Assembly: GCA_002633005.1 (NCBI GenBank)
Contig: NMRA01000255.1
Location: 379,937 to 443,936 of the forward strand
DNA length: 64,000 bases
From: Phoronis australis
Lineage: Eukaryota > Animalia > Phoronida
Direction of reading: 5' to 3'
The translations under genes and the position numbers were made by a program. The notes below the pieces were generated by a model. That model worked only from the letters and a program-made list of their open reading frames with translations. It ran no database searches and was not told where the DNA came from. Position 1 is the stretch's first letter; each line of letters opens with the position of its first letter. This document shows positions 36,161 to 49,122 of this stretch, piece after piece.

Positions 36161-37181
36161 CACACTGTAGTCTACTGGCGCTGGGCACGTTAATGCGTCA
36201 CACTGATCATGTCCACGGAGTTAAAACATTTTCGATTGAAGTCGCTTTTCTTCTGTGTTCTCGTTTTTTTGATATTGAATGCGATTATAATAAGCAATGC
36301 TATTAATTTAAAGGAAGGCTCAATGATGCTGACAATGATGTCACCTGTCAAAACAAGGTAAAAGGTAGCTTTAAGTACTTTAAAGGGTGTTCAATAATTC
36401 CAGTTTTGGCCGAAAAGCGCATTTTGGAGATTGTTTTGAGTGGGATTGACATCTTATTTGCTTTGACGAGAATTATAACACAGCAAAATTTGATGTGCTT
36501 TCACAAAGTTTGTGATTTTGTTACACATCACCGATTCCTCACGATGGGTAGCATTCAAACTATCTGTTTTGTTGTTAGGGTCGAAAGCAGTGTGTAGGCG
36601 TGGTGGCGATCAGTGCCAACTTGGACAAACTAAGTGTGCGCGTTATTCTCGTAATTAATGTCTATGCAACGTTATAACGCGTTTTGTAAGTACCTTTATT
36701 ATTACCCGTAGTTTGGTGTTTGGTTGAGTACGCATTTAGAATACAATGACGTCACGTCAGGTAATAAAATTCGCGTTTATTCAGTGACGTGTGCACTTAC
36801 ACTGCGGGATTCTTGCACACACTTCCATACCCGTTAAAACAACACGTCTGAGATCCACTGAAATCATTGTGATTGTAGTTCTCCATAACTCAAATTCAAA
36901 GTCTCATCTTTTTGGGCATCTTCTTGAAATTATTAGGAGGAGATTTACTTTGGGTTACTTCGTGTACATATAAAAACAGTCTCCACCGATAACCGCTGTC
37001 GTCGAAGGTCTTGCAACACGTGCATGTAGCTGACGACTCCTAGACATGTAACCTGTGTAGCGATTAGAGCACTGGACTGACAATCTAATGGTCTCTCGTT
37101 CTATTCCAGACTGCGCCAAGAAAAAGTGCCCATCATCGACTACTATGAGTGTTCCATACACACTTCTAAGAACGCTGTGAC

Positions 37182-37217
37182 CTGAAGATGGCAGGAGAAG
37201 TGACCGACCGAAACGTC
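37182..37217 (+). ncRNA. Degenerate Penelope-type minimal hammerhead motif
   Basis: CUGAAGA-UGGCAGG...CCGACC-GAAA-CGUC; stem II has mismatches. Confidence 0.4.
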
Positions 37218-37657
37218 GTACTCATGAAAATAGGCTCGAGATTGGCGTAAACAGATACATAGATTTTAGAAATGATGTCATGCAATGACCTGTTAAGCTA
37301 GATATCCAATGTTTGTTAGCACAACTTTCCCTAATGAAACATTCATATTATCCTCAATTTGAAGAAATTAAGCCCCCTACTAAGTTACAAATTATTTTCT
37401 ATTTGAGGTCAATGTACGAACATAATAATTATTTGAAATTATGTTCATGAACAATTTACTGATAACTGATGTTTTTTGTTTAAGGTACACACGGTTAACA
37501 AAATAACGGTTAATTACCTTTCGCCAGCGTCCTCTTACACACGACACAAGTCAACAAACACCGAACGGCGATTTCGAGGTTTTCATTTTGAGCGATAAAG
37601 CTCTTTAGCCAACTGAACTCTTTCAAGGCAGCATTCCCCGGGATACGAGATCACTTA

Positions 37658-37666
37658 TATTTAAAG
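37658..37666 (+). promoter_or_regulatory. TATA-like box of gene B
   Basis: TATTTAAAG about 70 nt upstream of ATG 37727; the same position in gene C reads TACATAAAAG. Confidence 0.55.
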
Positions 37667-37726
37667 GGCCGCACAGCCGTCAAACTGAGTCCTTCTCGAC
37701 ACGAGTTTTGCCACACTGATTCAATC

Positions 37727-37784
37727 ATGTTCTTGCTGAAGTATTTTCTCGGACTGTTTTCATTCGTATTTGTTTTTTACTGCG
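37727..37784 (+). CDS. Gene B exon 1: signal peptide MFLLKYFLGLFSFVFVFYC(G)
   Basis: ATG in context ATCATG, hydrophobic core, phase-1 donor G|GTAAGT; conserved in gene C. Confidence 0.85.
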
Positions 37785-38719
37785 GTAAGTTTGCGAGACG
37801 CTTACTTTTGGAGCTTCTCTCTGGAGTGTTTGGAGTCATGCGACTGTTATTCGCAACTGAACTTACTGTTTCATTGTAATTGTAACTTATGTGGGTCTCG
37901 GTTTTTAAGTTTGATGTCTGCTATTCAGTAGAGAGTAATAGATCTCAAAAAACGCGAGACCTCTATAAGTGAGTATTATACATGTTTCAGAATAACCATG
38001 TACATGTACAGTAGAAGATGGTATTTATGAACATAAAGATTATTACTATCATCTACATCCAGTCGTAGAAAGTAAGCAAGCAGATTGATCGTGCTCTTGT
38101 ACTCTTGAACTAGGCAAAAAGAGAGGAAGTAAAAGTTTGAATTTCTGTGTTGAAACTTCTAATTCCGAGCAATAATACTTGAGATTTTGGGGAACTGCGG
38201 GTTTAATTATAAGCGACACGATGTTTAAGAGTCAGATTGATGAGTTTTGGGACTGCGTTTTGTGCTGAAAACATGCGTATCACCGGAACAGCAAAACGGG
38301 GGTCCGTTTATTACCTAGGTAAAATGTTTTGTTACAGACCAAACGTTTGTAATATTCAGTCACGAAATTTAGTGCTTTCTTATATCAACGTAGGCTTCTC
38401 ATGTTATTGTTCCGTATCTGAGCCTGTACAACTAATGCTTCACCAGGATATAATTACTCCCTCTACCGGTATAACGTACTTGTATTTTCTATGTACTTCG
38501 AAAAACAAAGGTTGGGTTTTGATAATTGGATTTTTTGATATAGAGCAAAATTATTTTAGCTTTCGACTGTTCAAAACATTCGCTAAATGGACCATCGGTT
38601 TTTGGGTAAGGCGATTTGTTACTTACGCCAGTGGTGCCCATTCTGTGCAGCGTTCTGTGTTGTTTTCTGTCAAAATGCCACATTTGCTAGCTCCGTTGGC
38701 CTTCTGCTATTCTTTTCAG

Positions 38720-38800
38720 GTGTTCATGCGGCGAACAAAGAGCACGCTGACTCGCCATTGACTAAAATCAACGTCTCCAAATCCAAACGCCAGGCCAGTG
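38720..38800 (+). CDS. Gene B exon 2: GVHAANKEHADSPLTKINVSKSKRQAS (signal end, pro-linker, KR site)
   Basis: TCTTTTCAG|G acceptor, 81 nt, phase 1/1, donor GTAAAA (GTAAGA in the paralogue). Confidence 0.75.
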
Positions 38801-39381
38801 GTAAAAATTGCACGTAAACTATTACACAGCGTAATTTCGACCAGAATTGATTTGGACAACTAGTATTGCACTAATAGCTGCTGTAAATCACGATCTTCCA
38901 TCAAAAACTAACTTTTGATTTCCACCACTTAACGCTATAAAACTGGTCTCATATATTTGGTCTTTGCCCAGATGAGCTCCTCGGGTTTTCAAAGAAATGA
39001 CAGCCTGAGACCATGCTCAGCGCAATAATTGACCAGTCGTAACAAACCAATTATTAAACCAGGACTCGAGTAATAACGAACTAATAGGTCTAACCAAGCC
39101 CAGTAATCCTTAAAATTTGTGTAGAGAACAAGTTCACACCAGCTCCTTGCTCTACGAGGAATCAACCAATTTTTAAGGAAAGCAGGTTTAAAGAACTTTT
39201 ATACTTCCGCTAACAAGTAGTTCCACTATCACAAAATGGTTCTTGTAGTTCGAATTGGTCTGTTGTTCCTCACATTCGTTGGTTAACTCTTCCAGAACGT
39301 TTAGTTATTTAGAAACACCAGCAGCATGATTAACAGACTTTTCAAATTAGTTCCATTTTTAGGATTGGTGAGGATTTCTAT

Positions 39382-40734
39382 GACCGGTTGCATGAAACAT
39401 TCCAAAAAGGACTAAACTAAGGTCCCTAAATCTTTTGCGTATTTGTTCGTTCTTTGCTGACAGATGCAATACTTTTCTATCAGTTTATCTTTATTATGGG
39501 CTCCTCTTTGACATATGGCATTACTAAAAACTGCGCCTTTACAGTGGCAGATTTAGGATGTCATAATTAACACTTTGTCTGGTAAACAATCGCGTAAAGC
39601 ACGACTGTAGAGGTACATAGCGCCGAATAGGGAAGGTCGAAGGGGGTTGTCCCACTCCCGCTCAGGATAAAAATTTGTTTTTGCTTCTAAAAACAAGCAT
39701 TTAACTTGATTTCTGAAGAATTATCAAAGAAAAACACTGAGAACATGTGTAAAACTGTAAAATCTGCATATACTACGGACTTGAACTCAGATAGTGCTCG
39801 CACATCCACTCCACCGCCAGACTCCCACTTACGGCGATGTATTGAGACATACCTGTTTATGGCCCACAGCGTTTGCGCGCGAACCTGCTTCTTTCCGTAT
39901 TGCTAATTACATGCGTTATATTTTGTGCAACCAGTTCGTAGCAAAAGTTGTAACTGTGTTTAAAATAGTCTTCAGTTACCGTTTTTCGAGTTGACATTAA
40001 CTACGCGATTGCTTTGCAAATCGTCTTAATTAAAATGCTTTACAAAGAGAAAATTATGAGTTTCTGAATGATTCTCTAAGGCTTCGATTAAAATTTACAT
40101 CTTACCACCAACTTCTGTTTCTTTATAGTCACTCAGCTTCCGTTTCCTTTGATGAAGTACTTTTCTTCATTGGGCAGTGGAGTAAGCGACGGAAACGGAG
40201 TGGTAGTGCACGCACATATCGGCCGGGAGGGCTATACTTAGCCATAGTTACGATCGCACCGCTGGTCTGAATCAGACACTTGAAATCGGGTCTGAGTCTC
40301 CCCACATACAGGCGCACACACAAACTCCACACATTGTTAAATCTTGCTTCAGCCGTGCAATGTTAATTACCGGAGTTAATTGATAACTCAATATTTCCTC
40401 ACCCTCTTCTTGTTTTATTTTTTTGCTGCAACCAAGAGGGAGGGGGCAGGCCCCCTGCCCTCCCGGAAGTCCGCCTATGCCTTAATTCAGTCAAAATAAT
40501 TATAGACAAAGTCCTAAAATTGGGATCGTTGCATGAAAAGAACCCTCACTCATTTTCAATAATATTGAGAATTTAACGTACAATTCGCCCTTGATTTGCA
40601 TCCAAGCCAAAACGTGACTCAGTAATCAGACGCAAACAGCATAAGAAAGAACAGTTTCTTCACAATTCTACAAATACGCTGTAGATTTAGGGAACTTGTC
40701 GAGTCCCTTTTTGTACCTATTTTACACGACCGGG
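39382..40734. mobile_element. GGCCGGTTGCATGAAAC-family MITE with the ~940-bp CAGTGG element (39542-40479) nested inside
   Basis: The empty site AAAACTGAGCCCTTAATTCAGTC is visible in the 53174-53550 copy; insert flanked by CTTTA/CCTTA. Confidence 0.7.
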
Positions 40735-41225
40735 TACAGAGCGCTATTACATGTAAAAGTTGTGATGCAACCGTGTGTAGTTTAAGTGTCTATAAATCCA
40801 CGTTTCGTTCAGGAAACGAAGTTTTGATTGAGGTTGCTTTTTCAATGTGCCATAATTCAATTTGCTTCTGCTTACGTAGAAGAGAAGTGATATTTGGGTG
40901 TGGAAAGAACCGACAGTTCCTTAGTCCTTGAGACCATCCAACCGATGCATTGAATGACACGTACTGTTAATTCAACTCATAGAGCCTTAACTCATGCATG
41001 GAAAATCCTTTCGAAACCCTACATTTGCCTGTAAACTGAGCGAGAAAAAATTTGAAACCGGTTTCATAATGTTAAGTAAGACTCAGTGATGGGAGGCGGG
41101 ATTATTGCCGCTTCAAATAAGCTTAAACGGGATTTACTCCCCTTATTAACAACTCTCATTAAACGACTAATCAAGAGCAAAGCAAAATTCTCTACCACTT
41201 CTCTTTTATTTACACGCATCCACAG

Positions 41226-41510
41226 TCCTTCTTCAAACGGTCTGCGAGCATTCAACCTTACGCCTACGGTGTTCGCAGCCAAACACAGTCATACGTGTAG
41301 CATCTGCAGTTTACGGCAGGCAGAATCGTCGCACGTGCATCCACCCGTCAATGCGCACGACTAATTGTGCATCGTCAAGTTCCCTTTCCGTTGTGCGCAA
41401 CAGATGCGAGGGAAAACAATCTTGTGCCGTTTCTGCGTCAAACAGCGTCTTTGGAGACCCGTGTGTAGGCACTTTCAAATATCTGACCGTTTCGTACCAA
41501 TGCGTGCCAA
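41226..41510 (+). CDS. Gene B exon 3: SUEL/rhamnose-binding (Gal_Lectin) domain 1
   Basis: CACAG| acceptor, 285 nt, phase 1/1, donor GTAAGT; VCEHSTLRLRC..AVYGR..C..C..CEGKQSCAVSASNSVFGDPCVGTFKYLTVSYQC with 8 Cys; absent from the ORF track. Confidence 0.92.
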
Positions 41511-43016
41511 GTAAGTAAGAATTCATTGCTGTTTCCGCATTCCATAACTTATTGACACAGTATTACAATATAGACGAAAATACCCCGCTCACTTATAGTA
41601 AAAACCGAAACTTTGATTCCCATGCGCGCACACAGGGGGGCCCCATTTGGCGAAGTAGGCAAAAAGGTCCTAGAAAATGAGGCATAAGTCCATTAAACAT
41701 GCGCAAACGCGGAATTCACAGTGGTGCCCCCGTTTTTTTAGTGCGCCCGCTTTTTTATTACCGACAAGTGAGTCTGGTTGGATGCCGAAAAAATATTTTT
41801 ACAATGTTTACGGTAACATACCCTACAAGTGCCAGGATCACAAATTTTCACTCCCTGAAGAAATAAGATTGTGTCTAAACTTTTATGGAAAGTCTAACTT
41901 TGCAACCATTGCAATGAGCTTTTCAGGGTACATTTCAAAGCTACAATTTATAGGGGTCGTTTGCCCAATTTTCATCTATCACAAAACCTGTAGGCCTATA
42001 TGCAAATTTCGGATTGATAGTTGGAGTAACTAATTTATCACATCATCCTGAACTTTTACTGACAACTGTACCAAATGGCACAAATGGTCCAATCAATTCA
42101 TAAAGATGCATAATACTGGATAAATGAGTAACTAAATTCTTCACAGAAAATCTGAGGGAAACTTATTCCAAAATCTTTGTCTTTATAGTTTAGAACTATT
42201 ATGCATAATTGTTTCCCTGGTCATTTATATAACCGGTGTTCTAGTTCATTTCAAATGTTATGGCACTATTACATACTGCTATTTTTCGAATTTCGGTAAA
42301 CTGTCGGTTTTTAGAATTAATTTTTGTTAAACCTGTCAGGTTTGCGAAATGATAATTACTGATGATTTAACTTTTGCGTCTTGTATAATCAAACACCAAG
42401 AACCGATAAAAGCGTTTTCTAGTAATATTACAACCAGGAAGAGATCTACCGGCAATTATGCAGAACAGTTTTAAAACGGCGGAGTTGCGAAACGTTTTAG
42501 ACAGTAAATTCCATAATAACACCGGAACAAACGAAGGCAAACAAATTCCACACATGTGCGGCGCAACCTCATCGGCGCAAGATCGGAGTTGACATGCCAG
42601 GGATAGAGTTCTATGTTTTGAACAATTAGTGAGGAATGGATATTGCTAAGGGATTCTCCCGCCATTCGCGATCAGTGCTATTCTCTAAGATATTTCTATT
42701 CTCGTGTTCATTTACGTGGACTGTTCGTATCTAACTATGGAATTTTTATATTTTGGTTTTAAAACACATTTGACACATATTCAGTGTATCTAACTATTTT
42801 GGAAAATGTGCAGCAATGACGAAAGTCTCGTTGAGTCTCACGTGATTGATGCCGTGAACTCTAGCGATCACTCCAAGCAATGTGGAATTGATGTTTCCCA
42901 CTGGACATCGATGTCTGTTTATGTCCGGAGTTCAGTTTTCAGATTTAGTGCAACTTCTCAAAACAGAGGGGTGCAGGTGCACAACATAAGATTTTGTTGA
43001 TATCATGTTTTTGCAG

Positions 43017-43304
43017 GAGGGAAATCTCGAGTTATGTGTGAACACGCCACTCTGTATCTTGCGTGCGCTAATCCAGAAGAAGTGTTGTCAATAACCTCGG
43101 CAATGTACGGTCGGAAAGACCGCCATACTTGCCCTCACAGGTATATCCGTACTACGAGTTGTGAGTCATCGCGTTCCTTATCTGTCGTGAGCAAGCTGTG
43201 CGATGGAAGACGAGTTTGTCACGTATCTGCGTCGAACAGAGTCTTTGGGGATCCTTGTGAAGGCACTTACAAATATCTAGCTGTGACATACCAATGTGTG
43301 TCAA
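43017..43304 (+). CDS. Gene B exon 4: SUEL/rhamnose-binding lectin domain 2
   Basis: TTTTTGCAG| acceptor, 288 nt, phase 1/1, donor GTAAGT; CEH..AMYGR..FGDPCEGTYKYL..YQC with 8 Cys. Confidence 0.93.
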
Positions 43305-44035
43305 GTAAGTTAATCCTTGAACATTGCTTCCAGGCTCTCAGAATGTTGCCTACGTTAGTCATCGAGTACGCTTGTCCTGCTTTCGCCAAAAATTTTGTTA
43401 AGAAAATGCGTTAATTGGCTTCTTGAGATGAGATGACCACGACATCTTGATTCATGCCACAGTTGCGGGTACATGGAGTTTGCGTTAAGGGAATTCTTAA
43501 TTGACGTCGTTTGATGGGTGACCACGACATCTTGGTATACGCTATAGTTGCAGATATATGTTGAGTCATTTACTTAGAAAACCAGCATAAGGGTGTCGAA
43601 ATCCCACTTCTCTTATACTCGGTGTCACAATAAGCTATTTAATAGCATGTACATTGAACTAATTTGTTAGTTTCGCTAGAGGTCTAAAATAACATATTTA
43701 CCAATAACTGCGCTTTTATTACGACATGCGTATCTTTTGCATTTACTGAAAGGCTTGCAGAGCATTTACATGTAAGCCTACACTTTGAAACAGGGAACTG
43801 CATCCGATTGTTAAACGGCTATTATTCCAGTCGTTGCGCCCCTTTAAAACATGCTCTCGTCCATCCAAGTTCCATTAAATAGCGTGTTTCTTGACTATTT
43901 TTTCTCTGGGCGGTTCTATTCATTGCGACACCAATTACAATGTTATCAGTTGGGTAGGCTCTGACTCTCCGACACGTACTGCTAGTCTGAGGAGTCCATC
44001 ATCTAATGTATTAAGTACCTTTCTTGTCGTTTTAG

Positions 44036-44169
44036 GCAGTGCGGGTGCAAAACGCTCTCTTGAAGAGGAAGGTTTCGTTAGCGTGGACAAACGGCGAGCT
44101 AACTCATTTTTGACTGGTAACAAAGAAAAACGAGCCTGGGAGCAGCAGGAGTTAGATTTCTGGACGTGA
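44036..44169 (+). CDS. Gene B exon 5: SSAGAKRSLEEEGFVSVDKRRANSFLTGNKEKRAWEQQELDFWT* (peptide-precursor tail)
   Basis: TTTTAG|G acceptor in phase 1; exons total 846 nt = 281 aa + stop; homologous to gene A exon 2. Confidence 0.85.
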
Positions 44170-44236
44170 ATTGTTGGTCATCGTCTGTGGTCGACAATCA
44201 GTGAATCTGGAACCCAATGAGTTTTAATGCATTTCA

Positions 44237-44242
44237 AATAAA
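44237..44242 (+). terminator. Polyadenylation signal of gene B
   Basis: AATAAA 68 nt after the stop. Confidence 0.6.
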
Positions 44243-46606
44243 AGGCAAGATATAATGGATGAATTTCTGATCAATCCCGCACTACTATCCGAGCACCGTG
44301 GAAGTACATGTCACACTTACAACTCAAGTTTGTTGGAAGTTAAGCTTCAAGTAATACCGAAAAAGAGCCACATGGCGGCTATTTCGAAAACAAGACTCGA
44401 AAAAGTCCCCACGACGGACTCTATTGGCATTGTTTTGTATTCCTGGCAGAAATATAGAAAAACGTGGAAAAGATTTAATTATTTTAATTTTGGACCCTTA
44501 AAAGGACGTTAGAATTTCAAATTTGTCTTTTTTCAGCTGACGTTGAACTTAAATTGTCGACAGAGAACACTTGCTCTTTATTCAAATATTATTTGATACT
44601 CTTGGCTTAATGAGGGCGCTACATCGGCTATGCAGTTTCCGAAAGAACCCGCTACATTTTTTTTCCGAAAAAAACAATGGTAGCTAATTTACTTCCTAAG
44701 GAGGCACTGTACACAGGGATTTGCTCAACATTGCGCTCGTCACTTTACACAGGGTTTTGCCAGCAGTGCACACGTCACTGTACGTTCTGCCATTCTTCCG
44801 CTTAATGTTTAGAATTCTACGAACAAAACCGCTACACCTGACCACAGAATCGTTATATTGTCTCACACAAGACATATTATAGTCCTGTTCTCTACCATAC
44901 AAAAGGAAACTACCGAGGCTTCCAAAAATGTGCTAATATCGTAAAAGTGACGATTTTAATTCCTTGGCAATGTTAGACAAAAACCTAGCACTAGATTCTG
45001 AAAACAATATTTCCTACATATTTCAAAAATGTAGTCCAAAAGTGCTCCCATCTCGAACTAAATTTTTTACAACTCTAGGCTGTTTGAGGGCTACCTGAAA
45101 CTGGAGTTGAAAACTCAGTCGCTACGAAGAAATGCTTTCAGGCCGCCATAACAACAGTGCAAAATCTACCTCAAAAATGCCACCAAACCTGGGCTACCCA
45201 ATTGTTTAATGGGAAATGGCCACGGCTACAGACAACGGTGCCATCTAACCCACATTAGCGAGTATTATCTTACGACTATCTTATTACAGTTATCCCCACA
45301 CAGTTACCACATGAGGGTATTTACAGACGAAAAAAAAGAACACCTAGGAGTGTGTTATTTATTATCTGACAATGCCACAGGAACATTAACGCTTTGGTAT
45401 CTGGGCATTTCCAGTGCTTCCCTTGCTCATGAATTTCTCAGATAATGGAGATTTTCGAGGGGTTTTCATGGACTGGAATATCCTACTGAACCGCCACAGT
45501 GATTGTCAGTTGTCCATGGCAAACTTGATTTTGTACGGATGGCAAATGTATGATACAAAATTCACCATGTAGAGTTACACCGTGGTCATTTGAGTGAAAA
45601 TGCCGATTCATAATCATGTTTTACGCCTTGCATTTTTTTGAGTTGCTCAAATGTTGTGGGTGAATTTTTCAGTCGACTCCCCTTTAAGGAATGTCCTTGT
45701 GGTCACATATTTTAACGTTCTTCGTAAAATTCACCTAAAGTGACATCTTCCGAACACATGTTGATGCCTCATTCCCTATTAACTTTCAATCAAAATTTTC
45801 AATTCTTTCAGTCTCGATTTTAGACGTCGGTTCTTTGCTGAAGTTATTTTTGAGCGTCGTCCATTTTCACCACATGTTGTGCGGCAGTTGTTGCAGAGCT
45901 GACTCTTGCACGTGACGGTCTCGCCAGTTGGTGACTACCTGAGGCTCTCTTTGTAAGCCAAACGTTTTCCAAAGAGCCCCGGCCCTGGGAGCTCTTTCAT
46001 GAATGTTCTGCAAGATAGAAGCGCACCTCTGATCAGAATTTGTTTCGTACTCATACGCTATTTTCACTATCATTGAGCCAACACAGTTACCACACACTAT
46101 GCAGTCAGTCATCATGTTTGCTAACTAGAAGTGAATTCCAGAGAAGATGCTGCTCTTTTGCTGAACCCTTTGCGTCACTTTATCTATCGTTGTATCAATA
46201 GTTAATAAGGGCTAGAAACAGGATCATAACGGAGAAATATGTCGACAAGATAAACAATGGTTTGTGTGTTCAGTAAACGATACCACCAACAATAATGACT
46301 TTCCTCTTTGAAGAAAGAATTATATGTTGTTCGTCCATTGGCGAACTGGAAAACATAAGTCACTGTAAAACTAGCAGAAGAGACCTTCATTTTCTATAGG
46401 TCAGTGTCCCATTTGTAGCCTCGTCTAAGCTACGACCGGGGTTACGACCTTTGATGACACTAACCCAACAACATTTTTAAATTAAGCGTTCGTAAGGACC
46501 TTAAGTGAAACAGCCGCCTTCTGTGTTCGTTTCCGATCAGTGCAGACTGACTCACTTTTTTTTACAGAAATAGAGCTCTTCAAACGTGAACGTGTGAGAC
46601 ACCAGT

Positions 46607-46729
46607 GGCTGGTTGCATGAAACAGTCCCAAATAGGGACTCAACTAAGTTCCCTAAATCTACTGCGTATTTTTGGACTTGTGAAAACATAGATTGTCCTT
46701 TATTGCATTGTTTTAGTTTCATTAATAAG
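46607..46729. repeat. Truncated left end of the GGCTGGTTGCATGAAAC MITE, apparently identical to 47839-47961
   Basis: 123-bp match with no mismatch seen by eye. Confidence 0.8.
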
Positions 46730-47838
46730 CCTCAACGCCAGAAATTTGTAACATGCACTACTGCGCATGCGCTAAATCTTGCCAGCAGCCCTCCATAAGA
46801 AATACACAAGAGCAGGCAAAAATCAGGAATTTATAAGCAAGGGGAGATAACTACACAATTTGCCGATAGCCTGTCACATAGAGTGTATGTTAAGACATGT
46901 TACCGCCAAATTTCAGCGCCAGTGGTGAAAAATTTTCCACGTCTCTTGAAGTTTGAAGGTTACCCCGTTCAGGCCTATGTTAACGATCGTCCGGAAGCCA
47001 CTATTTGAGCGCATAGCTCATTTTGAAGTCAAGTTTGTGGCTGAATTCATTTTGCCATCGGATTTGCCGATAGCCTAGGTGACTACCAGGAGTACTCAGA
47101 GGTTGCTGATCCAAATTTCATGTTGTTTCTCGAAAATTTTTCCACGTCTCTTGTGTTCAGAAAATGGATCGGCGTACAGTGCTGTCAGTGAGATGAAATG
47201 TTGCCGATCGCCTGGCTGTCGACTCTTTGCAATGGAATTTGCACTCTGTAGATGAGAGATTAGCGTAGAATCGGTAAGAAACTGATTTGTTCATTTTCTC
47301 ATCCGGTATGAGTTCAGAAATACTTTCGAAGTCGGATTTTGTACAGTCATTATGCAAGTTTCGCCTGTGAGTAGGCCTATATAGTTGATATACTAGTAAT
47401 CTTCAAAATGTTATTTCGTTTTTTGTGATCCACGGTACGTTGTCCTTCGTCTTAATTCAGTAACTGTTACATGCAGTGGATTCCGGACACAAATATGTAT
47501 TGACAAACATCAGAAAATTAATAAAAAGCGCTTTTTGGCAACCCGTTTAAGCCAATTGCAAGCAGACGCGGCTGGCTGGCTGGCGTTCAGTTCACATTTG
47601 TTGTGGTTATGTGTGTCTGTGACCCCAATCACCCAGCTAGCACTGTCATATGTAGACCCAGACATTCCAAATGCTGTTATTGTCAACTTGATAAATATTG
47701 CTCTGCAGAGCATACTGACTTCGGCTCCGGTAATAGTGCCCAAGCTTCATGACCTTTAACCTTACTATGCGTTGTTATGATTGGTTAGGGACATGGCGCT
47801 AAGCGTCACCTAGCGGATCAAGAATGTTACAAATTTCT

Positions 47839-48255
47839 GGCTGGTTGCATGAAACAGTCCCAAATAGGGACTCAACTAAGTTCCCTAAATCTACTGCGTA
47901 TTTTTGGACTTGTGAAAACATAGATTGTCCTTTATTGCATTGTTTTAGTTTCATTAATAAGTCAACATTTGACTTTGAAGCAAATCGAGAGTGATCTCTA
48001 CATTGAATTTTCAATATTTTCGAAAGTAATTAGGGACCTTTTCAAGCAACACCCCCAATTTCAGGAGTCCCTATATATTTTCAATGAACTCTGGTCCCAG
48101 TTTTTAGTTATATTATTAGAAATGTCATTAATCAAAGAGGAGCTCGTAATAAAGATGAAAATGTTGCATCTGTTAGTCCATAAACACACAAATACACAAA
48201 AAGATTTAGGGACCTAAGTTGAGTCCCTATTTGGGACTGTTTCGTGCAACCGGCC
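47839..48255. mobile_element. MITE with ~50-bp TIRs (PIF/Harbinger-like)
   Basis: GGCTGGTTGCATGAAACAGTCCCAAATAGGGACTCAACT and AGTTGAGTCCCTATTTGGGACTGTTTCGTGCAACCGGCC; relatives at 39382, 53174 and 59241. Confidence 0.8.
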
Positions 48256-49122
48256 ACACGGGTCTCAGGTCTCAGGTTCTTTACCGGAGTGTCGTGGCCC
48301 ACTTGTGCTCCGCCCTTACTATGTGGTGCGGATGCGGAAAATACTGTGTAGGTGGCGACTGAGGGCAGGTGACGGGCGAATTAAGTGGCCACCAAGAGAA
48401 CAGATAGGTGGCACCCATTCACAGTGACCAGGGAGGTGGTCAAATCTACGACATGGGTGACATCATTACATGCTGCCTGCGATGAAATCAATCACTATCC
48501 CAATTGTAAGAACACTAAGCTGTCACTTTTATCTGATACCAAAAGTTAATATGGGCATCAAGGCAGAAATTCAGTTATCCCTGTTTGCTTTGAATATTTC
48601 TAACCAAAGCATTTTTCTCATTTGCTTTCACAATATTACCGAAATTGAGATGCTTTTGGTACAAAACATGAGTAACGGAAGAAAGGTTATCTTTCGAATA
48701 TTCTAACTACACCATACCCTGGATGGCTAAACTTTCAAAAATTTGCACAAATTTAACGATCTTTTGCGACAAATTGGGAATTAAAAACTAAAGTTATGCA
48801 CTTACGCGAGATCTGCTGTCTCCACGTTGTTGCTGCACCTTGAGCACTGACCGCAACTTACGATGTGTAGGCGCAACGTTCAAATGCCAAAAGGTGGTTG
48901 GCTGCGCCCACGTGCGCCTACGCCGCCACTACAGCACTGGTGACTGGTGACAAGACTGAGCGCGAAAATGTAGGTAAACGTTGTGACGTAGTAAGCAAAT
49001 TTTGTCGACCTACTACGTATGCATTCGCATTCGACGTGTAGCCGAAGCTCTCTAATAAGTTACTCTGATACGTTGATTCATGTCTGGCCAGTTTTATTCA
49101 TGAGCGTCTAACACATGTTTCT

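Noticed and set aside
38237-38761. 174-aa ORF and other paralogous ORFs (58043, 41677/60570/63019, 42367/61249/63613)
   Set aside because: These are duplicated intron sequence; frames and stops are not conserved between copies
44095-44115. RR|ANSFL matches the start of the factor X/protein C Gla domain
   Set aside because: No EE..G.LEREC follows and there is no Cys; it is better read as a propeptide-like motif
45440-46115. Minus-strand Cys/His-containing fragments (HFHSNDH, CKSQLCNNC) as a GIY-YIG or zinc-finger relic
   Set aside because: Too short and disrupted to support a call
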